Shown: positions 9,358-19,530, counted from the first letter of the stretch. The stretch: 64,000 nucleotides of DNA from Akkermansiaceae bacterium (GCA_051251915.1 JBPOGF010000004.1:165776-229775), one strand, 5' to 3'. The notes: generated by a model not told the origin, from the sequence alone. Numbers and translations are program-made.

Positions 9358-10707
9358 TTAAACGTTCATGCCGTTGATTAGGCAGTCGCCTACGGAGATG
9401 CCGCCGCGGTAGTTGCCGGCGAATTTTAGGCCGGGGTTGCTGGACTCGATTTGGTTGAGTTCGGTGAGGACGTTTTCGTGGCCTAGGTTGACTTGGGGGA
9501 TGGCTTTTTTCCAGGTGGTGAGGTGGTGGAATGTGGGGTCGCCGGTGATGCCTAGGTTTTTGTTTAGTTCCTTGTGGGCGGTGGCGATCATTTCGTGCTC
9601 GGGGAGGCTGGCGATGTCGGGGTTTCTTGATCCTCCTAGCATGACGTTGATTGCGACGTGGTCGGTTGGAGCGCGGTTGTCGTCAGGGAAGAGGGTGGAG
9701 GTGAAGAGAGCACCGAGGATGTTGGTCTTTTCTGGGAGGCTGGCTAGCATTCCGAATCCGTCTAGGGGGTGTTTCACATGGTTACGCTTGTAGCCTAGGA
9801 GGAGGCTGGCGACGGGTGGGTGGTAGATGGCTTTGGTGTGCTCTAGGTTGATGTTTTCTGGGAACTGGATGGTGTGGAGTTTGTGTGCGGGAACGGTGAC
9901 TATGACTTGGTCGAACTGTTGTTGGTGTTGGTTTCCTTGATGCTCGAAATGGTAGTTCCAGTTGTTGTTGGAGGTAAGTTTTAGTGAGCTGTTAGAGACT
10001 TCTGTTAGGATGCAGCAGCCTAGTTTAGTTATTTTTTTCTCAAAGGCATCTGGTAGTTCTTGCATGCCGTTTTGGAAGGAGATGATTTCTTTTTTACGGA
10101 GTCTGTTAGGGTTTGGTGAAGGCTTCTTTGTAGCTGCTAGGAGGAGTGAGCGTTTTTCGCTGACTACTTTATGCATTCTTGGGAAGGCTAGTCTGAAGTG
10201 GAGGTTCTCTGGGTCTCCGGCGTAGATGCCGTTGACGAAAGCGCCTGCTGCGTAGTTTAGCATGTTTTCTCCTAGGCGGTGTCTGACGAAGTCGGCGAAG
10301 GATTGTTCATCTAGTTGAGGGGATTTGCTGATGAAGGGTTCGCGCGCTAGACGAAGAAGAGTGGGGAAGGTTAGGACTTTATTGAATAGTATATTCTTTA
10401 AAGATGTGGGCATAGCTATGGGCTTGCCGTTTTTGATAATGAAGCGTTTTGCAGAGGAGTGATCTGCGGTGATGATGCGGTCTGTTAGATCTAAATCATC
10501 GAGCAAGTTGGCGATTCTAGCATCATTGAGCATGATGCTGTTAGGGCCGTGTTCTGCGAGGTAGCCCTCCTTGATGGTGGTGCCCATAGCTCCGCCGACT
10601 TTGGTGCCGGACTCAAACACGGTGACCGTGTGCCCTTGTTTGCGAAGGGCATAGGCTGTGCTGAGCCCGGTGATGCCAGCACCTAGGATGGCTATATTTT
10701 TGCTGAT
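9358..10707 (-). CDS. hemG: Protoporphyrinogen/coproporphyrinogen oxidase (HemY type), probable ATC start
   Basis: EHGPNS, GIYAGDP, GFG, AGNYRGGISV. The FAD motif SKNIAILGAGITGL lies in frame upstream of the called GTG 10620, and the fitting start is ATC 10707. Confidence 0.9.
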   Translation of the reverse strand: MSKNIAILGAGITGLSTAYALRKQGHTVTVFESGTKVGGAMGTTIKEGYLAEHGPNSIMLNDARIANLLDDLDLTDRIITADHSSAKRFIIKNGKPIAMPTSLKNILFNKVLTFPTLLRLAREPFISKSPQLDEQSFADFVRHRLGENMLNYAAGAFVNGIYAGDPENLHFRLAFPRMHKVVSEKRSLLLAATKKPSPNPNRLRKKEIISFQNGMQELPDAFEKKITKLGCCILTEVSNSSLKLTSNNNWNYHFEHQGNQHQQQFDQVIVTVPAHKLHTIQFPENINLEHTKAIYHPPVASLLLGYKRNHVKHPLDGFGMLASLPEKTNILGALFTSTLFPDDNRAPTDHVAINVMLGGSRNPDIASLPEHEMIATAHKELNKNLGITGDPTFHHLTTWKKAIPQVNLGHENVLTELNQIESSNPGLKFAGNYRGGISVGDCLINGMNV

Positions 10708-10718
10708 GGTGGTAAGAG

Positions 10719-11744
10719 TTAGCGGTAGTTGGTGATGGTTTCCACGAGGGTTGCCATGTTTTCTGGTTTGGCGGATGGGAGGATGCCGTGTCCGAGGTTG
10801 AATATGTGTCCGGTCTTGCCTTTCATTGAGTCTAGGACGCGGGTGGCTTCTATTTTGACACGCTCAGAGGTTCCATCGAGGATGGATGGGTCGAGATTTC
10901 CTTGGACGGAGATGTCTGCTGGGAGTGAGTCACGGAATGATGGTAGATCTACTGTCCAGTCTACGCTGAGGCACTTGGCACCTGCTCCGATGAGGGTGGG
11001 TGCGTGGTGTGCCATGCCTTTTGCGAAGATGATGACGGGGAAGTCTGCTGGGAGAGCGGCGATGACGCGGCGCATCCATTTAACTGACATTTCTTCGTAG
11101 TCGCGGGCTGAGCAGAGTGAGCCTGCGGAGTCGAACATCTGTAGGGCGTCTGCGCCGTTTTCGATTTGGTGGAGGAAGAGGTCGATGAGTGAGGTTGAGA
11201 TTTTCTCCATGAGTTTCTCGAAGAGTGGTCGGTCTTCGTAGAACATGTTTTTGAGGTTGGAGCAGTTTTTGAGTGAGCCGCCTTCTGTCATGTAGGCTGC
11301 GAGTGTCCAGGGTGATCCGCCGAATCCGAGGAGTGCTTTTTCTTGGCCGATGACTCCACGGATGGAGCGTAGAGCGGCGCCCATGTAGGAGAGTTTTTCT
11401 GCGGTATCTTTTTCATCGAGGGCGTCAACTTGGGCTTCGTTTTCGATGATGAAGTCCATGCCGATGCCGCCGCCGTCCCGGAAGTGGTAGGGTTGGCCCA
11501 TGGCTTCTGGGATGACGAGAATGTCTGAGAACAGGATGGCTGCGTCCATTTCGTAGCGGCGGAGTGGCTGCATGGTGACCTCGGTGGCGAGCTCTGGGGA
11601 TTTAACCATTTCAGTGAATGAGTATGATTCCTTGAGTTTACGGTATTCTGGAAGGTAGCGACCAGCTTGACGCATGACCCAGACTGGTGGGCGGTCTAGT
11701 GGTTGGCATTGCACTGCGGCTAGGAATCTGTCTCTGCTGTTCAT
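10719..11744 (-). CDS. hemE: Uroporphyrinogen decarboxylase
   Basis: PVWVMRQAGRYLPEY, AAILFSDIL, QGNLDP, FNLGHG. Confidence 0.97.
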   Translation of the reverse strand: MNSRDRFLAAVQCQPLDRPPVWVMRQAGRYLPEYRKLKESYSFTEMVKSPELATEVTMQPLRRYEMDAAILFSDILVIPEAMGQPYHFRDGGGIGMDFIIENEAQVDALDEKDTAEKLSYMGAALRSIRGVIGQEKALLGFGGSPWTLAAYMTEGGSLKNCSNLKNMFYEDRPLFEKLMEKISTSLIDLFLHQIENGADALQMFDSAGSLCSARDYEEMSVKWMRRVIAALPADFPVIIFAKGMAHHAPTLIGAGAKCLSVDWTVDLPSFRDSLPADISVQGNLDPSILDGTSERVKIEATRVLDSMKGKTGHIFNLGHGILPSAKPENMATLVETITNYR

Positions 11745-11816
11745 GTTGGAGGTTTATAATGAGCGGTGGATAAATGCACGTAAAATGTGTGTGGATATTT
11801 GTTCTTACTTGGGAGG

Positions 11817-11844
11817 TTGACAGGAGGGGGCATTCTGGCATGAT
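11817..11844 (+). promoter_or_regulatory. Sigma70-type promoter, leaderless geometry
   Basis: TTGACA-16 nt-CATGAT-6 nt-ATG 11851. Confidence 0.6.
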
Positions 11845-11850
11845 GTAGTC

Positions 11851-12894
11851 ATGGCATTGCGGTTAAATACTGCGATCATCAGCGGATGGATCGATAATAC
11901 GACTCCGGGGGTTACCCGAGGGGGTATTGAGGTCGTTGGGATGCAGCGGCCGTTGCAGCTTATTTTAAAGGGGAACTGCTGGCGAGATCTGGCAGGGACG
12001 AGGTTGGATTTTGTAAATCCGGAGCCTCAGGCACAGGAGGATGTGGTGGAGGCTCTGCATGGTTTGCAGCGCGGTGTGGTGGGGGATATGTCTGCTTCAC
12101 AGAAGGTGAAAGCGCTGCTGATTACTAAAGAGGAAATGATTGAGTATCTTGAGGCGAATAAGGAGTTGCCTTTTGAGTGGAAAAATTGCCTTTATTTGGA
12201 GTGGTTTAGTTTGGCGAATGGGAGAGTGGTGGTTGAGGCCACTGGGTTTGAGCTTAAATTATCTGGTCATCACTGGGAGCTGGATCAAGCTGGGGATAGG
12301 ATACAGCGTGAGGAGAATGCTAATGCTTTGGAGCATTTTATGGAGTTGATTACTCATGCGAATGAGGCGGAATCTCAGGTTCGTGATGATTTCGTAAATG
12401 AGGCGGATGAGTTTGAGTGGGAGCGTCGACTGCGGGTTCGAGATACTTTGGAGGAGGCTGTAGAGTTCTTATCACAGTCAGAGGATGATGATTCTGATGA
12501 TCTGTTAGATACTGATTTAATGGAGGGGAGAGATAAATTGCTGAAGACGGCGCATACTTTGCAGATGGATGTGATGCTGTATTTAGGTAATTCTTTTTTG
12601 GATAGTGGATCTAGAGGGGAGTTGGCGATGGCGGCTCAGTTTGTGTTTGAGACGTTGGATGAAATCTGTCCTGAAACTAGCGAGAAGGATTTGGAAAAAG
12701 GTTATCGAATAGCGATGCTGAAGCGTTCTGCTGATGCTTGTAATGTTGCGATTGCTGCGTGTAATACCTTGGAAATGGAGGACGATGGTTTTGGTCTCAT
12801 ACGCGCAGATATTTTTGATCTACGCGATATGATGCTTGATAGAGTTAGAGAACTACGTGGTGATCTGGACGATGCACAGGATTTTAAGAATTAA
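11851..12894 (+). CDS. Acidic hypothetical protein
   Basis: 347-aa ORF with leading-strand codon usage and its own promoter. No recognised domain. Confidence 0.8.
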   Translation: MALRLNTAIISGWIDNTTPGVTRGGIEVVGMQRPLQLILKGNCWRDLAGTRLDFVNPEPQAQEDVVEALHGLQRGVVGDMSASQKVKALLITKEEMIEYLEANKELPFEWKNCLYLEWFSLANGRVVVEATGFELKLSGHHWELDQAGDRIQREENANALEHFMELITHANEAESQVRDDFVNEADEFEWERRLRVRDTLEEAVEFLSQSEDDDSDDLLDTDLMEGRDKLLKTAHTLQMDVMLYLGNSFLDSGSRGELAMAAQFVFETLDEICPETSEKDLEKGYRIAMLKRSADACNVAIAACNTLEMEDDGFGLIRADIFDLRDMMLDRVRELRGDLDDAQDFKN

Positions 12895-14324
12895 AAATTG
12901 AGCGCCCACTGTACTAATGTGCGGACTCCGAAGCCGCTGGCGCCTTCGCCTTTGATGTAGGCGCCTCCTCGGTATCTCCAAGAGGTGGCAGCGATGTCTA
13001 ATGCTGCCCAGTTGGTGTCGCCTACGAATTGTTTGAGGAAGCTGTAGCCTTGAGCCAGGGAGGCTTCGCCGCCTTCTTTACTGTTAACTAGGTCAGCGTA
13101 GTTTGACTCTAACAGTTCTTCGTGGCTTTCCCAGATAGGCATTTGCCAGAAGAGTTCATCGACTTCTTGGCCGGACTGGACGATGCTTTGGCAGAGGGTA
13201 TCTGAGGTGCCTGCTACGGCTGAGCCCCCGCGACCGAGGGCGATGTTTACGGCACCGGTTAGTGTGGCTAGATTGACCATGGCATCGGGTTGGTAGGTTT
13301 TTGAAACGTAGGAGAGTGCGTCTGCTAGAATGAGGCGTCCTTCGGCGTCGGTGTTGCTGATTTCGATGGTTTTTCCGGAGTGTGAACCGATCACATCTCC
13401 GGGTTTGTATGCGTTTGAGCCTATTACATTCTCTGAGCTTGGGATGACGGCGATGATGTTAACTTCTGGCCTGATTTTGGCGAGGGCAGACATGGCTCCG
13501 AAGACTGATGTGCCGCCGCATTTGTCATATTTCATGAGCATCATGCCGGCTGCATTTTTGAGGGAGATACCACCGGCATCGAATGTTAGGCCTTTGCCAA
13601 CCATGGCGAGGGTTTTTGTGGCTTTTGGGTTTTTGTATTCGAGACAGATCATTTTAGCTTCTTGAGCGCTTCCTTGGGATACTGCGAGGATGGCGTCCAT
13701 TCCTAGTAAGCGCATTTCCTCTTCGTCGATGATTTTGTAGTGTAGGCCTTCGGCTTTTGCTAGCTGGAGGGCTTTGTCGGCGAATGCTGTCGGGGTGAGG
13801 AGGTTGGCTGGGGTGTCAGCGATGGATCTGGCTTCGTTGGCTGCTGTTGCGGTAATTGTAGCCAGTTGGATTTTAGATTGGTCTAGATGGTCTAGTTTGC
13901 TGAAACGGAGTTTACGAAGTGTGTGGTCTTTGTCTTTTTTGAGATATTTGTAATCACCTAGTATGAGTCCGTCGACTACTGCTGCGGTTTGCTCGGTATT
14001 TAGGTTTTCGGTTATTAGTAAGAGTTCATCTGCGTTGTATTTACGGATGAAGTCGACTGCGGTGCCACCTGCATTTCTTAGTGGGAATAGTGGTCGTTTT
14101 TCTGATGGCTTGATAGCGATGATGATCCATTGGCCAACACCGAGGGTGTCTGAGGCGATTTTTTTACCGTCGGTTAGCTGTTGGGTGAAGTAATCCGCGA
14201 GGGCTTGATTTTTGTCCTCAGGGAATAATTTTAGTGTGGTGAGTTCGCTGTGGATGTCATCTGATTGGAGGATGACTATGGCATGTTTTTGAGATTTGGC
14301 GGTTTCGAGTATTGGAGAAATCAT
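12891..14324 (-). CDS. pepA: Leucyl aminopeptidase (M17)
   Basis: VGKGLTFDAGG, MKYDKCG, NTDAEGRL, ATLTGA. Confidence 0.93.
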   Translation of the reverse strand: MISPILETAKSQKHAIVILQSDDIHSELTTLKLFPEDKNQALADYFTQQLTDGKKIASDTLGVGQWIIIAIKPSEKRPLFPLRNAGGTAVDFIRKYNADELLLITENLNTEQTAAVVDGLILGDYKYLKKDKDHTLRKLRFSKLDHLDQSKIQLATITATAANEARSIADTPANLLTPTAFADKALQLAKAEGLHYKIIDEEEMRLLGMDAILAVSQGSAQEAKMICLEYKNPKATKTLAMVGKGLTFDAGGISLKNAAGMMLMKYDKCGGTSVFGAMSALAKIRPEVNIIAVIPSSENVIGSNAYKPGDVIGSHSGKTIEISNTDAEGRLILADALSYVSKTYQPDAMVNLATLTGAVNIALGRGGSAVAGTSDTLCQSIVQSGQEVDELFWQMPIWESHEELLESNYADLVNSKEGGEASLAQGYSFLKQFVGDTNWAALDIAATSWRYRGGAYIKGEGASGFGVRTLVQWALNF

Positions 14325-14336
14325 GATATTAATTGG

Positions 14337-15251
14337 TTAGTGAGTGAATAGATTTTCGACGCTTAGGTAGCGTTGGCCGGTGTCACAAAGGAAGCAGACG
14401 ATCGTTTTGCCTGCATTTTCTGGGAGTTCAGCCAGACGCTTTGCTACAGCAACATTCGCGCCAGATGAGATACCAACTAGAATTCCTTCTTTGGCGGCGA
14501 TTTCTCTGCAGGTTGCGTAGGCTTCTTTTTCTGAGATGAGTTCGAAGGAGTCGATGATATCTTTATTGAGAGCAGCAGGGATGAAGCCTGGGGCGGTCCC
14601 CATGATCTTATGAGGTTGGAACTTTCCTTGTGAAATGTATGGCGCGATGTCAGGTTCGACTGCGACGCATTGGATATTTGGGTTTTGTTCCTTGAGGAAT
14701 TTTCCGGTGCCTGAGATGGTGCCGCCTGTGCCGAGAGCTGCTACGAGAATATCGACGTTGCCTTGAGTTTGTTGCCAGATTTCTGGTCCGGTAGTTTTGT
14801 AATGGCTGTCTGGATTGCTGAGGTTTTGGTGTTGGCCGAGGTAGTAGTAGTCTGGGTGTTGTTCGCAGATTTCGAGTAATTTTGCCTTGGCTCCTTTTGT
14901 GCCCAGAGCGGCAGGGGTGAGGATGAGTTCTGCGCCGAGCGCGGTCATTACTTGGCGTCTCTCAATACTCTGAATTTCTGACATCACGATGACGACTTTA
15001 TAGCCCATACGGCAACCGATAGAAGCCAATGCCATGCCTGTGTTACCACTGGTGGCTTCGATAATCGTATCTCCAGGTTTGATTTCACCTTTGATTTCCG
15101 CTGCAGCAATGATCTCGCGCACTGGGCGGTCTTTGATGCTAATTGGATTTAAGAATTCGCATTTAGCAATGATGTTATTTTCGGGAGCTAGGCCTTTTAG
15201 CCTGAGCATGGGGGTGTTTCCTATCATTTCTGTGAGGCTTTGACAGATCAT
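14337..15251 (-). CDS. cysK: Second cysteine synthase (CysK/CysM family)
   Basis: IGNTPM, KCEFLNPISIKDR, EATSGNTG, GTGGT, GQRYLS. Confidence 0.88.
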   Translation of the reverse strand: MICQSLTEMIGNTPMLRLKGLAPENNIIAKCEFLNPISIKDRPVREIIAAAEIKGEIKPGDTIIEATSGNTGMALASIGCRMGYKVVIVMSEIQSIERRQVMTALGAELILTPAALGTKGAKAKLLEICEQHPDYYYLGQHQNLSNPDSHYKTTGPEIWQQTQGNVDILVAALGTGGTISGTGKFLKEQNPNIQCVAVEPDIAPYISQGKFQPHKIMGTAPGFIPAALNKDIIDSFELISEKEAYATCREIAAKEGILVGISSGANVAVAKRLAELPENAGKTIVCFLCDTGQRYLSVENLFTH

Positions 15252-15352
15252 GAGGAGAGATTACTTATTTTAGGTGAAACTGCTATTCATTTCTTATTTT
15301 GTGTAGCGGAGTGGTGCGCAAAATGGGGGGAATTAGATAAAAGTCTTGCTGG

Positions 15353-15367
15353 TGATAATCAATCTCA
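15353..15367 (+). promoter_or_regulatory. Fur-box-like site upstream of the TonB-dependent receptor
   Basis: TGATAAT-C-AATCTCA matches 12 of 14 positions of the 7-1-7 consensus TGATAAT-N-ATTATCA. Confidence 0.6.
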
Positions 15368-15425
15368 ATAGAAGTTGATCTTCGTCCCAATTGACTCAAC
15401 AGAAATATAAAAAAAATAAAAACCT

Positions 15426-17666
15426 ATGAACAACATAACATGCAATATGTTAAGCCTACTCGCTATCTTTTCAGCAGCTGGATCTGTACTAGCGCAAGAG
15501 AGTATCGAAAGTATTGAAAGCGTGGAGAGTATCGAGGAGCTAGATTCGACTTCGGTGATCGGCAGCCAAGAGAGATTATTTAGACTTGCTGGATCAGCAG
15601 CCTATCTTGATGAGAAAGCGCTGAATCGTCAGAACTCTACGAATATTAACCAGATCGTAGCACGGGTTCCCGGTGTGTTTTCACGTGATGAGACGGGTAC
15701 TGGATTTTTCCCAAATTTATCTATCCGGGGTGCTGATGGCGTGCGAATGAACAGAACGACAGTGATGGAGGACGGCATACTCATGTCGCCAGCACCGTAT
15801 TCTGCTCCGAGTGCCTATTATTCACCTAAGGTGGGTCGTATGAGAGGGCTTGAGATTCTGAAAGGATCTAGTCAAGTGAAGTATGGGCCGCATACAACTG
15901 GTGGTGTGGTGAACTTCCTTTCTACTGAGATTCCTGATGAGGAGACATTTTATACGAAGCTTCTATACGGATCTGATAATGCGATCAAGGCCCATAGTTA
16001 TTATGGAAATACTCTTGATACTAGTAACGGTAAATTTGGCTATTTGTTAGAGATGTATTATGATGGATCTGATGGATTCAGAAATGTGCAGTCTACACCA
16101 GAGAACAGTAATCCACGTGACACTGGTCACTCGCTCATCGAGCCAATGTTGAAGTTATCATGGGAGCCAGATACGGCGATGAAGCAGAAATTTGAGTTCC
16201 GCTATGGTTACTCAGATCTTGATGCTAATGAGTCTTATCTCGGTCTAACAGATGCTGATGTAAGAAGTAATCCAGACATGCGTTATGCGGGGTCTAGGTT
16301 TGATAACATCACTTCTCAGCAGCACCGCACGCATTTGAAATATTCATTTGCACCTAGTGAGAATTTGGATTTTGAGACGACTGCTTATTTTAATCAGTTT
16401 TCTAGAAACTGGTATAAGCTTAACCGCGTGGGTGTTGATAGAGCTAGCGCGCACAATGTGCTAGGTAACCCTGCTGCAAATGCGACTGCGTTTGGTATTC
16501 TCAACGGAACAGAGGCTGGACCATTGGATGTGAAGGCAAATAACCGTGACTATGAAGCCTATGGTCTTCAGTTTGCCGGAAGCTATGCTTACGAAGCGAT
16601 GAATGCGACTAACACTTTGGACTTTGGAGTGAGATTTCATAAGGACAAGATTAGAAGGTTCCAGCATGCAGATCTTTATAACATGAATGCAAATGGTGGG
16701 GTTGATTCTGTGGATTACGGTTACCGTGGGCCAGATACAGAGGGCAACCGTCTTCAGGAGTCTAAGGCTATTGCAGTCTGGATGGAAAATGAGATGGACT
16801 TTGGTCATCTTAGCATCAAGCCGGGTGTGCGTTACGAGTATGTGGACCAATATCATGCAGACTATGCGACAGGTGATACTTACTCAGGTAGCACTAACTA
16901 TTTAGCTCCGGGAGTTGGGTTCACTTTTGATGTGAATCCTTCTAACATTATTTATGGTGGAATTTATAAAGGTTTCTCAATTGCGGGGCCGCGTGCGGCT
17001 CAGAGAGATGGTGTAGATCCAGAGGAAAGTATAGGGTATGAGCTGGGGCTAAGACACCGCACAGATCGTGTGAATGCTGAGTTGGCTTTGTTCTACACTG
17101 ATTTCTCAAACATGATCTCATCCGATGCAGGATTAGGTGACACGAGTTCTACGAATGCTGGAGCTGCGACTGTTTATGGTTTGGAAGCAAGTCTTAGTTA
17201 CGATTTGTTAGATGGGAATAGAGGTTACATGATGCCTGTCTATGCTACAGCTACTCTTACCTCTGCAACCATTGACAACGCTTTAACAAGTGGTGGCGAA
17301 GGTGACATTTATAGTGGCGGTGAGGATGATGCACGAATCCCATACATTCCTGAATTCCAAGCATCATTCGGTTTGGGGTTTGAGGCTGAGACTTGGGGAG
17401 CGAACCTAGATGCAACTTACATTGGTGAGTCATTTGGTACTGCACTTGAAGATACTGCAGCGGCAGGTTCATCATCAAGAAATGGTGCTGTGGGTGACGG
17501 TTTCACCGTTGATCTCAGTGGTTACTATCAGATGAACGAGCAAACTAAACTCATTGGTGGGCTCACAAATATGTTCGACGAGCGCTACATTTCATCACGT
17601 CTTCCTGATGGAGCTAGAGCGAATCCAGGGCGCACGGTTTACGCTGGATTTGAGATCAAGTTCTAA
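15426..17666 (+). CDS. TonB-dependent receptor, FecA-like iron uptake family
   Basis: Signal peptide, plug motifs VPGV..NLSIRG and MEDG..PAPYSAPSAYY, EILKG..YGP, C-terminal GRTVYAGFEIKF. Confidence 0.92.
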   Translation: MNNITCNMLSLLAIFSAAGSVLAQESIESIESVESIEELDSTSVIGSQERLFRLAGSAAYLDEKALNRQNSTNINQIVARVPGVFSRDETGTGFFPNLSIRGADGVRMNRTTVMEDGILMSPAPYSAPSAYYSPKVGRMRGLEILKGSSQVKYGPHTTGGVVNFLSTEIPDEETFYTKLLYGSDNAIKAHSYYGNTLDTSNGKFGYLLEMYYDGSDGFRNVQSTPENSNPRDTGHSLIEPMLKLSWEPDTAMKQKFEFRYGYSDLDANESYLGLTDADVRSNPDMRYAGSRFDNITSQQHRTHLKYSFAPSENLDFETTAYFNQFSRNWYKLNRVGVDRASAHNVLGNPAANATAFGILNGTEAGPLDVKANNRDYEAYGLQFAGSYAYEAMNATNTLDFGVRFHKDKIRRFQHADLYNMNANGGVDSVDYGYRGPDTEGNRLQESKAIAVWMENEMDFGHLSIKPGVRYEYVDQYHADYATGDTYSGSTNYLAPGVGFTFDVNPSNIIYGGIYKGFSIAGPRAAQRDGVDPEESIGYELGLRHRTDRVNAELALFYTDFSNMISSDAGLGDTSSTNAGAATVYGLEASLSYDLLDGNRGYMMPVYATATLTSATIDNALTSGGEGDIYSGGEDDARIPYIPEFQASFGLGFEAETWGANLDATYIGESFGTALEDTAAAGSSSRNGAVGDGFTVDLSGYYQMNEQTKLIGGLTNMFDERYISSRLPDGARANPGRTVYAGFEIKF

Positions 17667-17699
17667 GTTCTAGCGGAACGGGATTCTACTGTAATCATA

Positions 17700-17729
17700 G
17701 CCCTACTAGATGCTACATCTAGTGGGGTT
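17700..17729. terminator. Bidirectional intrinsic terminator
   Basis: ccctactagatg-cta-catctagtgggg followed by an AT-rich tail, between convergent genes. Confidence 0.75.
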
Positions 17730-17741
17730 ATTTATTTAATT

Positions 17742-18674
17742 TTATTGTCCCTGAGTCTGCGATTGTATCTTCAGTGGTAAGGGCGTGACCAATGGAGGCA
17801 GGCGTTTAGTAGAGATTCCTACTTTTAGTGAAGTGGAGGTGCCGGACAAGCCGGAGAAGCCACCGCTGACAGGCATCACACCCCGAGGATGATGGCTTAC
17901 ACCTACCGCGATATGTCCGGAGCTGACCCTTTTACCGATAGAGGGGTCATAGCCAGTCCATCCGTGATCAGCTAAATAGATCTCAGCCCAGGCATGGGTT
18001 GATCCACGGCCTACCTTGGAATTTCCACTTTCCATGTATCCGCTCACAAACCTAGCTGGGTAACCTAGGGCTCTACTGGTCTCTATCATAAGAACAGCCA
18101 TGTCGCGGCATGAGCCGCTCTCTAGCTTGAGTGTCTCGGCGGGTGACTGAACACCTATCGCTTCACGGCGCGTGTATTTGATGACACGGTGAATTAGTAT
18201 CGCCATGTCGTCGAAAATTGCTGCCTTTTGGCCTGGTTTAGGAGCTAGTCCGCTTCTTGTGAACCATTTGCGCAAAAGGGAAACTTCTGGAGGGTAAATA
18301 TATTGCAAATAAGGAACTGAAACCATCTGTTCTATCCCTGCCTGCATTGAAGGATAGGGAACGTAGATCGGTTCTTGGTCAGTTTTTTCTGGTGGCACGC
18401 TAACGGTGAACTCACTGACGATCTTTAGCTCTGTAGCGGCCTCCAATACATTTACGATTGCAATGCTATTGTCGAGCATGTCTCTGTGCCACCGAACTTC
18501 TGCTTTAGGGGAGATCGTTAGATTCATGGTGTTGAGTCGGATGTCATGCCCCTCACGCGGCCTAAGAACCATACGGTGGGGTGTGAAATTCACCTGTGCG
18601 GAATACGAGTAAACTGTCTCATGTATTAAATGGATCTGTTCCCATGTTTCGGGTAATGTGTCAAAAATCTTCAT
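17742..18674 (-). CDS. Transglutaminase-like protein with a bacterial transglutaminase N-terminal domain
   Basis: HETVYSY..LRPR N-domain, catalytic GSCRD, THAWAE and YDPS. ATG 18674 follows the upstream stop. Confidence 0.88.
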   Translation of the reverse strand: MKIFDTLPETWEQIHLIHETVYSYSAQVNFTPHRMVLRPREGHDIRLNTMNLTISPKAEVRWHRDMLDNSIAIVNVLEAATELKIVSEFTVSVPPEKTDQEPIYVPYPSMQAGIEQMVSVPYLQYIYPPEVSLLRKWFTRSGLAPKPGQKAAIFDDMAILIHRVIKYTRREAIGVQSPAETLKLESGSCRDMAVLMIETSRALGYPARFVSGYMESGNSKVGRGSTHAWAEIYLADHGWTGYDPSIGKRVSSGHIAVGVSHHPRGVMPVSGGFSGLSGTSTSLKVGISTKRLPPLVTPLPLKIQSQTQGQ

Positions 18675-18678
18675 ATTT

Positions 18679-19530
18679 TCAGGGCAGGATGATTGCTTGG
18701 TTTGCGGCAACAAGCGAGTCACGAGTGATAGGCTCAAAATTGGAATCTAATAGCTCACATTGCACCTGACTTTTTGTAAGTTGAGGATCGCCGAAAATAG
18801 TGCAGACCGCTGCATCTGCAGCATCCCTTCCGGTGGCTATTCTCACGAGCCCATTGAGTGGAGCAAGTCGAGTGGCGTCAAAGATATACCACCACCCTCC
18901 AATGAATACCTCAAAACATGCATGAAAATCTTGCGGCTCAAGCTGGTAAGCATACACCGTAACGTAACGAGCAGGCACATTCAGAGCGCGACATAGAGTA
19001 ATTCCTAAATGAGCAAAATCCCTGCACACGCCTTGTCTGCCATTCATTGTATCCACTGCGGAAGACATCTCGCCAGAACTACCGCTAACGTAGGCGATAT
19101 TTTCATAAATCCAGTCACTCACCGCCGAAGCGATTGCGTAAGGTCCCTCGACATGACCAAACATGTCGTTCGCTTGCTGGCGCATGATGTCTGACTGGCA
19201 ATAACGACTAGGAAAGAGGAAAGGAATTCCCTCTGGGTTAAGATTGCTCATCGGGTTGAATCTGATCTCGTTCACATCCATGATGCTGTGTGAAATACTC
19301 ATTTCCGCGGTGTAAGAAATTTCCAGATAGCCTGGGTTATGAGTCAAAAGTCGTGAAAACCGGTTCATTCCGCTCACAATATGAAAGTCCTCAATTTCCA
19401 CCTGCGGGTTCGTTTCTAGCGACTCACTGGTGATTTTCTGGCCACCGGTTTCCAAACATTTAAGAGCGAACAGGAATGTCGCTGGATGGTTAAGCTGATA
19501 TGCAAGATCGCAACTGACTTTTAAGTTCAT
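18679..19530 (-). CDS. Transglutaminase-like protein
   Basis: PSRYCQSD, GVCRDFAH, DFHA, FDAT, GRDAAD. Confidence 0.9.
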   Translation of the reverse strand: MNLKVSCDLAYQLNHPATFLFALKCLETGGQKITSESLETNPQVEIEDFHIVSGMNRFSRLLTHNPGYLEISYTAEMSISHSIMDVNEIRFNPMSNLNPEGIPFLFPSRYCQSDIMRQQANDMFGHVEGPYAIASAVSDWIYENIAYVSGSSGEMSSAVDTMNGRQGVCRDFAHLGITLCRALNVPARYVTVYAYQLEPQDFHACFEVFIGGWWYIFDATRLAPLNGLVRIATGRDAADAAVCTIFGDPQLTKSQVQCELLDSNFEPITRDSLVAANQAIILP

